A stretch of 64,000 bases of DNA. Origin: an uncultured delta proteobacterium. Its GTDB lineage: Bacteria; Desulfobacterota; RBG-13-43-22. How positions within the stretch are numbered: the first letter of the stretch is position 1; the number at the start of each line of letters is the position of its first letter. Shown here in pieces: positions 9,750-20,304 of the stretch. A program made the position numbers and the translations under genes. The DNA lies in contig CAWJJC010000027.1 of the NCBI GenBank assembly GCA_963843145.1, positions 1-64,000 of the forward strand, in the 5' to 3' direction. The notes under the pieces were generated by a model that made no database searches, was not told the DNA's origin, and was given only the letters and a program-made list of their open reading frames with translations.

Positions 9750-10102
9750 ATCGAAGCCAGTGTGTTAGGGTAGGGAAGCTGAATCGTTCAGCGCCTTGCC
9801 CACCGGAGGCAGGACATTGGCCTCGACAACCTTTTTCACTGCTTCCGGTGGGTCTTGGTTATTTTAGCGAGGTTAATTCCTGACCTCGTTATTTCGCCTG
9901 CCCTTATACCACCGGTTGCTTTATCTTGTAAATATTCCTGATTTTTCCAGAGTTATTGCGTGGGAGATAACAAAAGGGAGAAAAAACCGGCAATACCAAA
10001 GCCATTCAGACCACGGCGGTGGTCGCTTTGGTGGTAAGTTCACTTTTTGTCATAAAAGATTTAAGCTTGACATTCGGACAAAAATGACCGATATTTAGAA
10101 CT

Positions 10103-10223
10103 ATGACAGGGAACGAATTTTTCCGAAAAATTAAGATTTCTCGGGAATCTGAAAGATGAACTCAAAAAGGGAACGCTCCATGGAATGCTCGATCAGCTTG
10201 GCCTAAGCCTTGATGATCTTTAG
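10103..10223 (+). pseudogene. hicA: HicA toxin with central deletion
   Basis: MTGNEFFRKIK joined out of frame to LKDELKKGTLHGMLDQLGLSLDDL*; GSH core absent. Confidence 0.7.
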
Positions 10224-10232
10224 GAGGGATTA

Positions 10233-10784
10233 ATGCAAGGTTTTATATATCCTGCCATACTTACACCAGATGAGGCTGAAGGGGGCTTTACGGTCAGGTT
10301 CATTGACCTTCCTGAGGCAATTAAAAAAGGGAATGACGTTGAAGATGCTTTAAGAGAAGCCTCGGATTGTCTTGAGGAGGCCATTGCCAATAGGATTGTA
10401 ATGGGGCTGCCCATTCCAAAACCTACTCGAATCCAAAAAAGGCGATACCCTGTAACCCTTCCCGCTCAAACTGCTGCAAAAGCCGCTCTTTACTTGGCTC
10501 TTCAAGAGGCTAAGATCAACAAGACGGAACTTGCGAAGCGCTTGCGTTGTGATGAAAAGGAAGTACGTCGTTTACTTGATCCTCATCATCCATCGAAGCT
10601 GCCAAGGATTGAAGCTGCAATAGCCGCTATGGGTCGAAATTTGATTGTAGGTCTTCAAGTCGCCGTTAAACTAGTCAAAGGGACCTTCCAACTTCGAGAC
10701 GGGCTGTGGAGATTTAATAGGAATAACCGGGGTCGCCGTATCCCAGGTTTTTCCACTTCGGTCAACACTAAGATAAGGTGGTAA
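10233..10784 (+). CDS. hicB: HicB-family antitoxin with HTH (tail reads through a junction)
   Basis: YPAILTPDEAEGGFTVRFIDLPEA...ELAKRL...VRRLLDPHHPSKL. Confidence 0.85.
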   Translation: MQGFIYPAILTPDEAEGGFTVRFIDLPEAIKKGNDVEDALREASDCLEEAIANRIVMGLPIPKPTRIQKRRYPVTLPAQTAAKAALYLALQEAKINKTELAKRLRCDEKEVRRLLDPHHPSKLPRIEAAIAAMGRNLIVGLQVAVKLVKGTFQLRDGLWRFNRNNRGRRIPGFSTSVNTKIRW

Positions 10785-10787
10785 TGT

Positions 10788-10897
10788 GGGACATCTTCAC
10801 TCCATTCAGTAACTTCCCACCGGCGCTCTGGTCAACGCCATGGCCACCCCGGAGGAGCCATCCCGACCTGCCGGGCGACCTCGGCCAAGGAAACCCT
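10788..10897 (-). pseudogene. 3' fragment of a RAYT plus its end motif
   Basis: Minus strand VSLAEVARQVG..SSGVAMAL followed by ctgaatggagtgaagatgtccc. Confidence 0.7.
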
Positions 10898-11131
10898 TTT
10901 GCCGATTTTTTTCCCGGCTCAAATCGGTAATACCAAACAGACTACTCAGAGTGTAGCCTCGAAAAGCCAACATATTTAAATAATATAATATTTTTATAAG
11001 ATTAGCCGCTAATTTGGGGTTAAAATGGCTGTTTTCGAAGGGGGATCAGTAGTTGGGCTTTCGAGGCTGACGGAAAGGAGGGGAAGTATATTTTCGTTTG
11101 CTTATTATACCTTTTCAGGTATAATAAGTTT

Positions 11132-11356
11132 GTGACGAAACAACCAGAAAAACCGCTCGTATGGTTGGGCGGCAGCAAAAAGGACCTGATGTCTCTGCCG
11201 ATGAGCGTTCGCAAGTTCTTTGGTCATGCCTTGGACTTTGCCCAGCGCGGGGATCAACACGGCGCAGCCAAAGTTCTAAATGGACATCCTCCGCGCGCGC
11301 CTGAAAGTCGCGGAAAAACTTTCACGGGAGATGAGGGATGAACAAGCGAATGATTG
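11132..11356 (+). pseudogene. RelE/Gp49-like (DUF891) toxin with central deletion
   Basis: KPLVWLGGSKKDL...FGHALDFAQRG...AKVL joined out of frame to MDILRARLKVAE. Confidence 0.75.
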
Positions 11357-11435
11357 ATGGCGTAGAAGTGGAGATGAGTTCCGGCAATGTTTTTGCCGAC
11401 CTTGGCTTGCCTAACGCGGATAAACTGAAAATTAA

Positions 11436-12974
11436 CCTGAATGTTGCATAAAAAAATGGCCTTTTGGGGAAAGGTCGGCTAGGCCGCTTCCTTGAACGCA
11501 TCCAGTAATTGGGTAAAATCCCTTTGGACGGCCTCATTGGCACTCAGGGTAAGCGTCAATTTCCCTTTGGGAGTCGTTAAGCGACCGGCTCTTTGAATAA
11601 TGAGGTGTCGCAAGGTCTTTAATTCCTCAAAGCACCAGAGCGGGGATCTTTTTTCGGTCGTTCCTCGATCCTGGAGGCGGGCCACCATTTGAATTTCCCG
11701 GGTCAAATTATGAGCCAGGATCGCAGCCAGGTTATAGAACTGGTTGCCGCCCAGGCGCCGAACGGGGATGTAATCCATCTGAGCCTGGGACTTTAGTTCG
11801 CCAAAGAGGCCTTCTTGGTCGGCGCGACCGTTGTGGAACATTAAGACTTTCTTGGCCTTGACCCGTTTGTTAGTGACGATAGCTTTGAAAGCATAGCCCT
11901 CTTCGTGGGGCTCGAACAGATCCAGTTGGATCGGGCCGCGGAAAACCAGGGGAACGCGTTGGCGAATCAGCAGGAAACGAAATCGACTGTCCCATTTTTT
12001 GGGTTTCCAGAAGGTTTCAAACCAAGACCAGCGAGCGTCCATCCGTTTCCAGCGTTTTCGTTCCTGGATCAGGTGCTTCAACTCGGTAAAGCGTTCAAAG
12101 GGCACCGACAGGCTGAACTCGACTCCCCGGGCTTCCAACAGAGTCACAATCTCATCGTTAAAGAAGGCGCTGTCCAGGCGGGCTTCGATGGTTACGCCGG
12201 GCAAAGCCTCCTGGAGGACCTGGAGACATTGGGTAATAAACGCTTTGGCCCCGTTGGAGTCATGCACATTGCCGGGCCGGAACAAGACATCCAACACCTG
12301 GCCGGTTTGAGCGATGGTGCAGAACAAGGGGTAGTAGCCGCGGGCTCCCTTTTTTTTCTTGTTGTAGCCTACGGCGGTCCCTTCAGCCCGACGCTGGGTG
12401 GTCCAGATCACCGATCCGTCGAAATCCAGGGTCAACCGGGCCGGGGATAATTTCTGTAAACGTTGGATCACCAGATCGCGAACGAGAGCGCGCACCTTGT
12501 CAATCGCCACTTGATCCACGCTCCGTAACGCTCGGGACACGGTGGAAACATCCGGCAGACGCTGGAGTCCCAGCAACCGTTTTACCAGGGGATCATCCTG
12601 GTAATAATCCAGGTCTCGGAGTTTGCGATAGCCCATAATCAGGTGCACAACCAACAGCAGCATGATGACTTGGTGACCAAAGATCTCAGAAACCTTCAAC
12701 TGCGTAAAACACTTTTTGAGCCTTTCTTTGAGTCGTAATTGCTGAAAGACCGGTTGATAGATGACGAGTCCGGCAAATGAGGTCAATCGTTGATCTTCGA
12801 ACTTGATTTCGGGAATTTTAAACACTCGACTGAAAATATGCTTTTTGCTAAACTTCACCTGGGGTGGCCTCCTGATTTGGGTTTTGTAAGACGTGGTAAT
12901 CTCACAATAGCCAATAAGGACGCCACCTTCAACTGTTTTTAGACCAAATAAGCCATTTTTTTATGCAACTACGG
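11436..12974 (-). mobile_element. IS1380-family element
   Basis: Imperfect TIRs CC..GTTGCATAAAAAAATGGC at both ends. Confidence 0.85.
11479..12858 (-). CDS. IS1380-family transposase
   Basis: LTLDFDGS, GYYPLF, RPGNVHDS, RLDSAFF, FHNGRADQEGLFGELK. Confidence 0.9.
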   Translation of the reverse strand: MKFSKKHIFSRVFKIPEIKFEDQRLTSFAGLVIYQPVFQQLRLKERLKKCFTQLKVSEIFGHQVIMLLLVVHLIMGYRKLRDLDYYQDDPLVKRLLGLQRLPDVSTVSRALRSVDQVAIDKVRALVRDLVIQRLQKLSPARLTLDFDGSVIWTTQRRAEGTAVGYNKKKKGARGYYPLFCTIAQTGQVLDVLFRPGNVHDSNGAKAFITQCLQVLQEALPGVTIEARLDSAFFNDEIVTLLEARGVEFSLSVPFERFTELKHLIQERKRWKRMDARWSWFETFWKPKKWDSRFRFLLIRQRVPLVFRGPIQLDLFEPHEEGYAFKAIVTNKRVKAKKVLMFHNGRADQEGLFGELKSQAQMDYIPVRRLGGNQFYNLAAILAHNLTREIQMVARLQDRGTTEKRSPLWCFEELKTLRHLIIQRAGRLTTPKGKLTLTLSANEAVQRDFTQLLDAFKEAA

Positions 12975-13250
12975 AAGTCGGGTCTCGTGATTGAAATTGC
13001 CAAGGCTGTGCGTAATCTTGGTTTATCGCAAGAGGAAGCTGGTCGCCGTATGGGGCTGCCTCAACCAAAACTATCCGGCCTGTTCCGTGGGGATTTTTCC
13101 AACGTATCTGAGCGCAAATTGATGGATTGTTTAAACCGGTTAGGTTACGATATTGAGATCAAGGTTAAGCCTTCAGCCGAACGGGTTGGGCAACTGTTGC
13201 TGGCTGTAGCCTGAATTGGGAGGCAGCTCCCGCAATTTGCGGACGATTTG

Positions 13251-13350
13251 CGTAGTTTCTGAGTAAACTTAGCAGAAGGTATTTCCACTCCAAGACCAAA
13301 GCGGTAAAACCCCTCCGGCCGCGGCCACCCCCTCCGCCAAATTCAATTAT
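13251..13350 (+). repeat. ~100-bp direct repeat (second copy 16521-16613)
   Basis: cgtagtttctgagt...aaaacccctccggccgcggccaccccctccgccaaattcaatta. Confidence 0.8.
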
Positions 13351-13384
13351 GTACTTGACAACATAATGTATTGAAAGACATAAT

Positions 13385-13562
13385 ATGACCAGGCAGTGGA
13401 TAGTTCTGTTTCATGAGGATTTCGAACCGGAGTTTGATGCCTTGCCGGAAGAAGTGCAGGATGAATTGCTGGCTCATGCCAAATTACTCGGACATTGCAA
13501 AAGCCGACGAACGATTTGACAGCCACCTGGCCGGTTTGAAAGAAAGGAAGCCTAAACCATGA
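13385..13562 (+). pseudogene. RelE/HigB-like toxin with central deletion
   Basis: MTRQWIVLFHEDFEPEFDALPEEVQDELLAHAKLL joined out of frame to IAKADERFDSHL. Confidence 0.75.
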
Positions 13563-13885
13563 AGACCATAAACCAGAAGGTGAAAAGCCTTAGCACCAGG
13601 CGTCGGAAGAAGATCGAGGCCCGCGTCGCTGCTCTCATGGGGGAGGAGATGACCCTTCAGGAACTTCGACGAGCGCGTAAGATCACTCAGGTCCGCCTGG
13701 CAAAAGCCCTCGGCATCAGCCAGGACGGCGTATCCCGTCTCGAAAAGCGAAGTGACCTTCTGCTTTCGACCATGAGAAAGAGCGTCGAGGCCATGGGAGG
13801 CAACCTGTCCCTCGTCGCTGAATTTCCCGATCGGAAGCCGGTCATTCTTTCCGGGATTGCTACCGTAGAGCCAGATCCCGCCTAA
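13559..13885 (+). CDS. XRE-HTH antitoxin
   Basis: LQELRRARKITQVRLAKALGISQDGVSRLEKRSDLLLST. Confidence 0.9.
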   Translation: MKTINQKVKSLSTRRRKKIEARVAALMGEEMTLQELRRARKITQVRLAKALGISQDGVSRLEKRSDLLLSTMRKSVEAMGGNLSLVAEFPDRKPVILSGIATVEPDPA

Positions 13886-13915
13886 AATCGCTCAGGACAG
13901 CCGATCTTCCTAGTC

Positions 13916-14506
13916 AATTGGAAAATTATGCCTGGTGCGGTCATGGGGCCTTGACCGGCCGGCAGAAGAACGACTGGCAGGAAAAAGATTTTGTGCTCGG
14001 CTTTTTCGGGGGCAAAGAAAAGAAGGCCATTAAGGCTTACCGGGAATTCATGGAAGCGGGGAAAGATCTGGGTCCCAGGCCGGAGCTGGTCGGCGGCGGA
14101 TTGATCCGCAGTCTGGGGGGCTGGTCGGCCGTATTGTCTCTCCGGCAACAAGGCGAAAGGGCGGCCTATGATGAGCGGATCCTCGGGGGCGGCGATTTCG
14201 TCCAGGCGGTCCTGGAAGAGGCGGATCAAAAATTGGCCCGGCAAATTCGAGCCCGGGAAAAAACAGGGTCCTTGGCCCGAATCATTAAAGAACGCTGCCG
14301 GGAAGCCGGGGTCAATGAGCAGGAATTGAGATCCGGGAGCCGCCGCCGGGCCGTATCGGAACTTCGACGAAGCCTCGGTGTTTATTTATACCGGAAACTG
14401 GGGATCCCCCTGGCGGAGATCGCCCGGCAGGTGGGGGTGGGGACCAGCGGAGTGGCCATGGCGATTAAGGGGTTGGAAGCGGGAAACAAAAACGAATGAA
14501 ATGAAC
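13916..14506 (+). pseudogene. 5'-truncated near-identical copy of the RAYT gene
   Basis: Nearly identical to ~1647-2237; lacks HUH and catalytic Tyr. Confidence 0.9.
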
Positions 14507-14701
14507 AAAGGCCAGTAAAGGGGCTGAATTCGGGCTTATATGGCCCTTTTTTTTGGGGGGGGGCAAAAGCTGGGTTTGGGCATTCCAACGGCAAGAGGAG
14601 CCAACCGCCATTACCTGCCGGGCCAGATTTGGCACATCACCCATCATTAAGCAAGAGTATTTTTGGTTCGCCTATCAACGGGAATATGATAGAATTTCTT
14701 T

Positions 14702-15094
14702 ATGAATAAATCTGTGGAGAATTGGTTAAGATCAAGCGATTACGACTGGAAGACAGCTTCAGCCTTATATAAAAGTGGACGGTATCTTTATGTGATTTTT
14801 ATGTGCCACCTTTCCGTTGAAAAGGCGCTCAAGGCCTTGGTTAATTTAAGGACAGGACAGATTCCACCGAAAACACATGACTTAAGGGTTCTGGCCCGGT
14901 TGACGGGAATGAATATCCCAGAGGAATATGGTATGCTTATCAGTCGACTGAACGAGGTGAGCATCCCTACCCGGTATCCCGAAGATATCAAACGGCTGGT
15001 CAAACAGTACAAGAAATCGGTAACGGAACGTTATCTAAAGGAAACTAAAGGGCTTTTAAAATGGATAAAGAAAAACGAGACGTTAAGCGAATAG
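14702..15094 (+). CDS. HEPN-domain protein
   Basis: FMCHLSVEKALKA, PPKTHDL, TRYP. Confidence 0.9.
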   Translation: MNKSVENWLRSSDYDWKTASALYKSGRYLYVIFMCHLSVEKALKALVNLRTGQIPPKTHDLRVLARLTGMNIPEEYGMLISRLNEVSIPTRYPEDIKRLVKQYKKSVTERYLKETKGLLKWIKKNETLSE

Positions 15095-15393
15095 TCGATG
15101 AACTACTGGTTCGGTTATCGTCAAAAGGTATTGAAATAAATAAACTGATCCTCTTCGGTTCCAGGGTAAGAGCAGAAACCGGTCCATTCAGCGATTGGGA
15201 TGTCGCAGTTGTATCAAAAAGCTTCAATCGGATCGGATTACTGCGACGGCAAGAGTTGCTCGGAGAAGCTATTTGGCAGATGACGTATCCTGTTGAAATC
15301 CTCGGGTATAGCTTAAGAGAATATGAGAGCGCTTCTCGTGGATCCTTTCTTTCTACTATACGGGCATCCGGGCAAATAGTTTATGAAAACTAA
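15061..15393 (+). CDS. Minimal nucleotidyltransferase (HEPN partner)
   Basis: LFGSRVRAE...SDWDVAVVS. Confidence 0.9.
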   Translation: MDKEKRDVKRIVDELLVRLSSKGIEINKLILFGSRVRAETGPFSDWDVAVVSKSFNRIGLLRRQELLGEAIWQMTYPVEILGYSLREYESASRGSFLSTIRASGQIVYEN

Positions 15394-16032
15394 ATATCGT
15401 TTTATTGAACGCATCTCCCCGGAAAAAAAGGTTCAAGAGTCCGAGTAAAGGGGACCTTCTTGAATTAGTTGACTTCTGGGACAAAGACTTTTTTGGCACG
15501 GATTTCACGGATGGGCACGGTTAAAACCATTCATTTCTCAAGAAATCGGGCACTCGATTTCCTGAGACCGGCTGCCGCCGGGGGCGCGTAAAGGGGGACA
15601 TCCTATATTCTTCCTGTCAAGAGGAAATATTTCATTTTGAGAAAGATAACGATTTTGATGGCATAGGAATTGGGCCATTTTTTGACCGCACCTCCCCTGT
15701 AGGGCTGACGGATGGGTGAGAGGGAAGAAGGAAGCGATTAGCTACACTTGGGTCGAAAGAGGGAAGATGAAGCGATTAGCTGCACTTGGGTCAGATGGAA
15801 GATGGAAGAGTGAAGATGGAAGAAAAAACCGAATACCCACCATTCAACCACGTCTTGTCCTTTTAAGTTTATTTTTGCCATGAAAAAGGGGTCAGAACTT
15901 TAAAATTGACAAAAGTGAAAAGGGGGAGACCGAGCAGAAAATCATTTATGGGCGAGACAATTGATTGAGGGATCCCGCGAAGTGGAAAGTACTGTTGAAT
16001 TTTCCCGATGTTAAGTACCCGAAGGAAGGCCC

Positions 16033-16302
16033 TTAGAAGTCATTTAAATCATGTGCAGGAGGGAGAGATACTTTTCGACAGATAGCCCGATGACCTTGAT
16101 TTTCATCAAACCCGGCTTCCTGTAATAAACCCTCCAAGGTCCCAATCTTTTGTGCCTCTTCTAGATTGATTTGGATCACTTCTCCCAAATTTTTTTTGGC
16201 CTGCTCCATCGTTTCTCCACAGGAGGCTATATCGAGTTCCGGGCAATAGGAGACATACATGTTCCCCTCTCTCCATAATTCTTCCGTTAGCTTGAGTTTC
16301 AT
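16033..16302 (-). CDS. HicB-like antitoxin, no cognate toxin
   Basis: EGNMYVSYCPELDIASCGETMEQAKKNL. Confidence 0.75.
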   Translation of the reverse strand: MKLKLTEELWREGNMYVSYCPELDIASCGETMEQAKKNLGEVIQINLEEAQKIGTLEGLLQEAGFDENQGHRAICRKVSLPPAHDLNDF

Positions 16303-16654
16303 ATGTCCTCCTGTTTCTTAAAAAATTGAGCTAATTCTACCATATTACGCAGAAAAGGGGAAGAAAAGGGTTAATGTGCCCCTCCGGGGTCAGGTCATTA
16401 AAATTAACAAAACCGAAAAGGACAAAGGGTTCGAGGAAAGATAGCTCATCATATTGGGACCGGGTCGGGCCCAATGCCCTTAACTTATCGGTAAATCCCC
16501 TCCACCCTCAGCCTATAATACGTAGTTTCTGAGTGAACTTAGCCGATTTCCACTCAAGGACCAAAGAGGTAAAACCCCTCCGGCCGCGGCCACCCCCTCC
16601 GCCAAATTCAATTAGACAGGATAAACAGGGTGGATGGAAATCAGGAAACCAGCG

Positions 16655-16790
16655 TTAAGCGCGATGGGACTTTTTAAATTTCTTAAGCTCCTCAACTTCA
16701 AAGGTATAAGCCCGCCCCAATTTATAGGCAAGCACCCGTCCCTGCTTAACCCATCTTCTTAGCGTAACGGCGGATATTCCTAAATGATCA
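16655..16790 (-). pseudogene. Excisionase-like HTH fragment
   Basis: LGISAVTLRRWVKQGRVLAYKLGRAYTF. Confidence 0.55.
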
Positions 16791-16988
16791 TAATTTGTCA
16801 AAAGACCTTTCAGGTCAGCGAACAGGCGAACCAGGCCAGGGCCTGTCAATTCCCACTCATGGATTAAACCGGGAATATCTTTCCACGCGTATTTACCTTC
16901 CCGCTATACCCCAGGCCAAGTCCCTTTACCGATTTCCACTCAAAGACAAAATCGGTAAATTACCACTCCCTCCGATATTAGTAATGGA

Positions 16989-17079
16989 GGCCGTTGGTGC
17001 AGAAAGTTCTTGAGGATAAAGACGAGCTGTGCGAGAAGTGAACTATGCCGCGATTAGCCCGGTTAGAGGCTCCGGTGTT
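16989..17079 (+). pseudogene. 5' end of a second RAYT family (MPRLARLEAP), cut by IS3
   Basis: Same leader and start at 19012-19067 and 20302-20438. Confidence 0.8.
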
Positions 17080-18358
17080 TGGCGATGGACCCCAGTACTT
17101 GGACAGCCTGAGCATGGGTCTAAGCTCTAAGTCTTGTTTTAGTAAAGGCCTCAGGCGGCCTGAATCACTGGAGCAGTTAAGCCCATATATACCTCATCCG
17201 GGGTTAGGATATCAAACGTTTGGTGGGGGCGTTCCTGGTTGTAGAACTGGAACCACCACTCCAGTCCGGCACGCAGGGCGGCGCCGTTGTCAAAACTGTG
17301 CAAATACAGGTACTGATACTTGGTGCTCCACCAGAGCCGTTCGATAAAGATGTTGTCCTGACGCGGCCACGGCCATCCATGCTGATGCGGATCTGGTGTT
17401 GTTTTAATAAGTCGGTAAAGGCCTGGCTGGTAAATTGGGCGCCCTGATCGGTGTTGAAGATCTCGGGAGTCCCATAGAGGCGAATCGCCTCTTCGAGCGC
17501 CTCCAGACAGAAATCGGTGTCCAGGGTATTGGAAAGCTTCAAGGAAAGCACTTTACGACTATACCAGTCCATGACCGCCACCAGGTACATAAAACCCCGG
17601 GCCATGGGGATGTAGGTGATATCCGAAGTCCAGACCTGGTTGGGACGGTCAATGGTCAGGTTTCGAGCAGATAGGGGTAGATTTGATGGTCCGGATGAGG
17701 CCGGCTGGTCTTCGGCTTGGGATAAATAGCTTCAAGGCCCATCAGGCGCATAAGCCGCTGGATACGTTTCCGGTTAACGTGATAGCCTAGCCTGTGCAAA
17801 TGGAGCCTCATGGAGCGGGATCCGTAGAAAGGCGTCTTCAGATATTGCTCGTCGATCCAGCGCATCAGGTCAAGATCCTGAGGAGCCGTATGGCCAGCGG
17901 TTTATAATACACCGTCGATCGGTTGAGGTTTAATAACCGGCACTGACGGGAAGCGCTCATCCTGGGGATCTTGACAGTCGATCATCTGCTTGCGCTGTTG
18001 TCGGCTTAGAGACTGAGCTTTTTGGACAAAAAATCGTTTTCCACCTTTAGCTGTCCGATCTGGCGATAGAGTTCATCCACCTGAGCTTCATGTTCCTTCT
18101 TGGTTTTCTGGCCTTTATCGAACAACTCGGTCGCCCCTTCGATCAGCGCTCGCTTCCAGTTGTTGATCATGGTGGGGTGAACTCCGAATCTGGCGGCAAG
18201 TTCGGAGACGCTCTCCTCGTTTTTCAGGGCCGCTAACGCTACTTTTGCTTTGAATTCCGGAGGGTGTTGTTGCCGTTTCGTTTCTTAATCATGGTTAGCT
18301 CCTTTCTTGGGGCTGACTCAGAGCTTAGCACATTGTCCAGTTTTTGGGGACCACCTCA
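17080..18358 (-). mobile_element. IS3-family element; orfA and orfB frameshifted
   Basis: TIRs TGAGGTGGTCCCCAAAAACTGGACA / TGGCGATGGACCCCAGTACTTGGACA; EFKAKVALAAL, PFYGSR, MDWYSRKVLS, FNTDQGAQFTS. Confidence 0.88.
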
Positions 18359-18718
18359 CTGCACCGCTTGGGAAAAGTGTTTTATGATCCGCTGAATATG
18401 CTGGGGTGAAATATCTGATTGGTCAAGTTTTGAGTAAATTGTTACCAGGATAAGATGGTGAGATGTCTTCTGCCAGTAGATTAACCGGTATCCCGAACTC
18501 TTCCCTTTCTTAATATCACTGTTCCTGGCTCTGGACTTAAAAAGGGTATAGGCAGAACCTTTTACTTGATTTCCGATTAACGCACCTGTTTGAAGCTGGT
18601 TGATAAGGGGTTGGATATCTGACCGGATATGGCGGTACTTTTTAACCAGCGCACGCAAATTCCTTTTGAATTCGGAAGTGTAATCAATATAGATAACCGA
18701 GTTAGAGTTACCCGTCAT
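18356..18718 (-). CDS. RelE/HigB-like toxin (stop codon supplied by IS3 end)
   Basis: EFKRNLRAL...RNSDIKKGKSSGYRLIY...VTIYSKLDQSDIS. Confidence 0.85.
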   Translation of the reverse strand: MTGNSNSVIYIDYTSEFKRNLRALVKKYRHIRSDIQPLINQLQTGALIGNQVKGSAYTLFKSRARNSDIKKGKSSGYRLIYWQKTSHHLILVTIYSKLDQSDISPQHIQRIIKHFSQAVQ

Positions 18719-18926
18719 CAATCCCATCCCATAAATTTGATACTGGATGAGTTTCCCCCATTAGACTTTCTTTCCATCCCTGGCGGAAACTTTCTTCGGC
18801 CGAATTCAGGGTGACGCTTTGCCGGAAAAGACGAACGATTTGAATCAGATTAGGCAAATATTCCTCGGGAATGTTTTTAATTTCAAAAGCCAGCTTTTTT
18901 TTAAAAAGCGGCAATTGGCCTTCCAT
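18708..18926 (-). CDS. Putative antitoxin
   Basis: IPEEYLPNLIQIVRLFRQS...FRQGWKE...LWDGID; GGAGG RBS; overlaps toxin. Confidence 0.75.
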   Translation of the reverse strand: MEGQLPLFKKKLAFEIKNIPEEYLPNLIQIVRLFRQSVTLNSAEESFRQGWKESLMGETHPVSNLWDGIDDG

Positions 18927-19440
18927 AATTAATCCTCCCAATCTTTATATTTTATACTTTTGTTATTTTACATCTATTTTTTGAAATTTGAACCAAAAAA
19001 GTAAAGTAGGTGAGTGAACTATGCCGCGATTAGCCCGGTTAGAGGCTCCCGGTGTTCTGCACCAGGTTTAGACGGGGGTCGGACCCAATGCCGTTAACTT
19101 AACAGAAAGAGCCTGTTTTTGCTATCTTTAATGGTTTCGGGAGCCAGGGGCCAGGGCTGGGGAACGGGGTATTTACGAGGACGTCCCCGACGACGTTTTT
19201 CCAAACCCCGACTTTTTCGGCGATATTCCTGTCGATCCCGAGTGAACTGACGGCCCGGTTTTATAGACACGCGGTGCCGGGCACAGGATTTTATGAAGAC
19301 TTCCCAGAGAGGTCCGAGTAGCTTTTCCGAAGAGGAAAAGGGCCTTAAACTAACCTTTTTCCGCCTCAAAAGAGGCTTTTAAGGATGGGCGTCTTATCGA
19401 CTCACCTCCTCTATCCGTAGACGGGGGTCGGATCAGGAGA

Positions 19441-19740
19441 TCAGGGTGTTAAATCAGCGAGAAGAAGCCGGAATTGGTCATAAACGTCCCGCCGGTGGCC
19501 GACATAATAGACATGAATCACCTCATGGTCGTCATCAACGGAGTAGATGATCCGGAATCTCCTGGGTATGAAGGATTTGAATTCGGCGAGCTCGTCCTGT
19601 AGATCATCTCCGGCATAGGGCTCCTGCCGAAGTTCGTCCAGGGCCTCTCTTATGATCCTCTTGTTATCGGGATGTAGCCGGGAGATACATCCCGCCGCCT
19701 CCGGCGTGAAACGGAGCCGGCGAGAATACCCGTGGCTCAT
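19441..19740 (-). CDS. RelE/ParE-family toxin, no adjacent antitoxin
   Basis: RRFRIIYSVD...YVGHRRDVYDQF. Confidence 0.8.
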   Translation of the reverse strand: MSHGYSRRLRFTPEAAGCISRLHPDNKRIIREALDELRQEPYAGDDLQDELAEFKSFIPRRFRIIYSVDDDHEVIHVYYVGHRRDVYDQFRLLLADLTP

Positions 19741-20014
19741 AGCCACATCGAGATTCGAGAATCTGTGTTCGATGTTTGACGTTCGTTTATTCTCAAGGGA
19801 AACCCAATTTCGAATTGATCCGCCACGACCTGACCCAGTCCGTTTTCCTCGAGGTGGATGAGATCTACAACTTGGCCTGCCCGGCCTCCCCAATCCATTA
19901 TCAAGTGAGGTGGCTCGCTACCTGGGGGTGACCACTTCCTGCACCAATCGGGTGGTGGGAAGGGGGCGAAAAGATGGGAATAATGAAAGGATGGAAGATT
20001 GGGGTAGGGTGGGT

Positions 20015-20304
20015 TATTAACGGTCTCAAAATAATATTGACAGGATTCCTTAACGCCGCTAAGTCACAATCAAAGAAAAAAGACGATCTCTCACAGAGCG
20101 CACAGAGATCGCAGAGAAATATAATTTTTGATTGCCGCTGAGGGGCCGGCAATCAAAAAAAGATCTCCCGGTCCGCGAATAAGACCCCGCCGGAGGCGTG
20201 AGTTGTTTCGAAAAATCGGCGTCTCAGCGATTTTTCAAAAACTACTTGGTCTTTCTCTGCGCCCTCGGCGAACTCGAGCGAAGCGGGCGAGCGATAAAAA
20301 GAAC
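20015..20304 (+). repeat. MITE copy whose right end is replaced by the RAYT2 leader
   Basis: Collinear with 5944-6300. Confidence 0.75.

Larger units (their letters stand above)
6405..9972 (-). mobile_element. Multi-gene transposon (Zn-finger ORF, DDE transposase, ExeA-like ATPase, small ORF)
   Basis: Gene set, end TGTTATCTCCCACGCAA at 9972; interrupts a repeat also seen at 15692-15850; left end approximate. Confidence 0.7.
11338..13214 (+). pseudogene. XRE-HTH antitoxin interrupted by IS1380
   Basis: SSGNVFADLGLPNADKLKI | KSGLVIEI...LSQEEAGRRMGLPQPKLS rejoins on removing 11436-12974. Confidence 0.85.
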
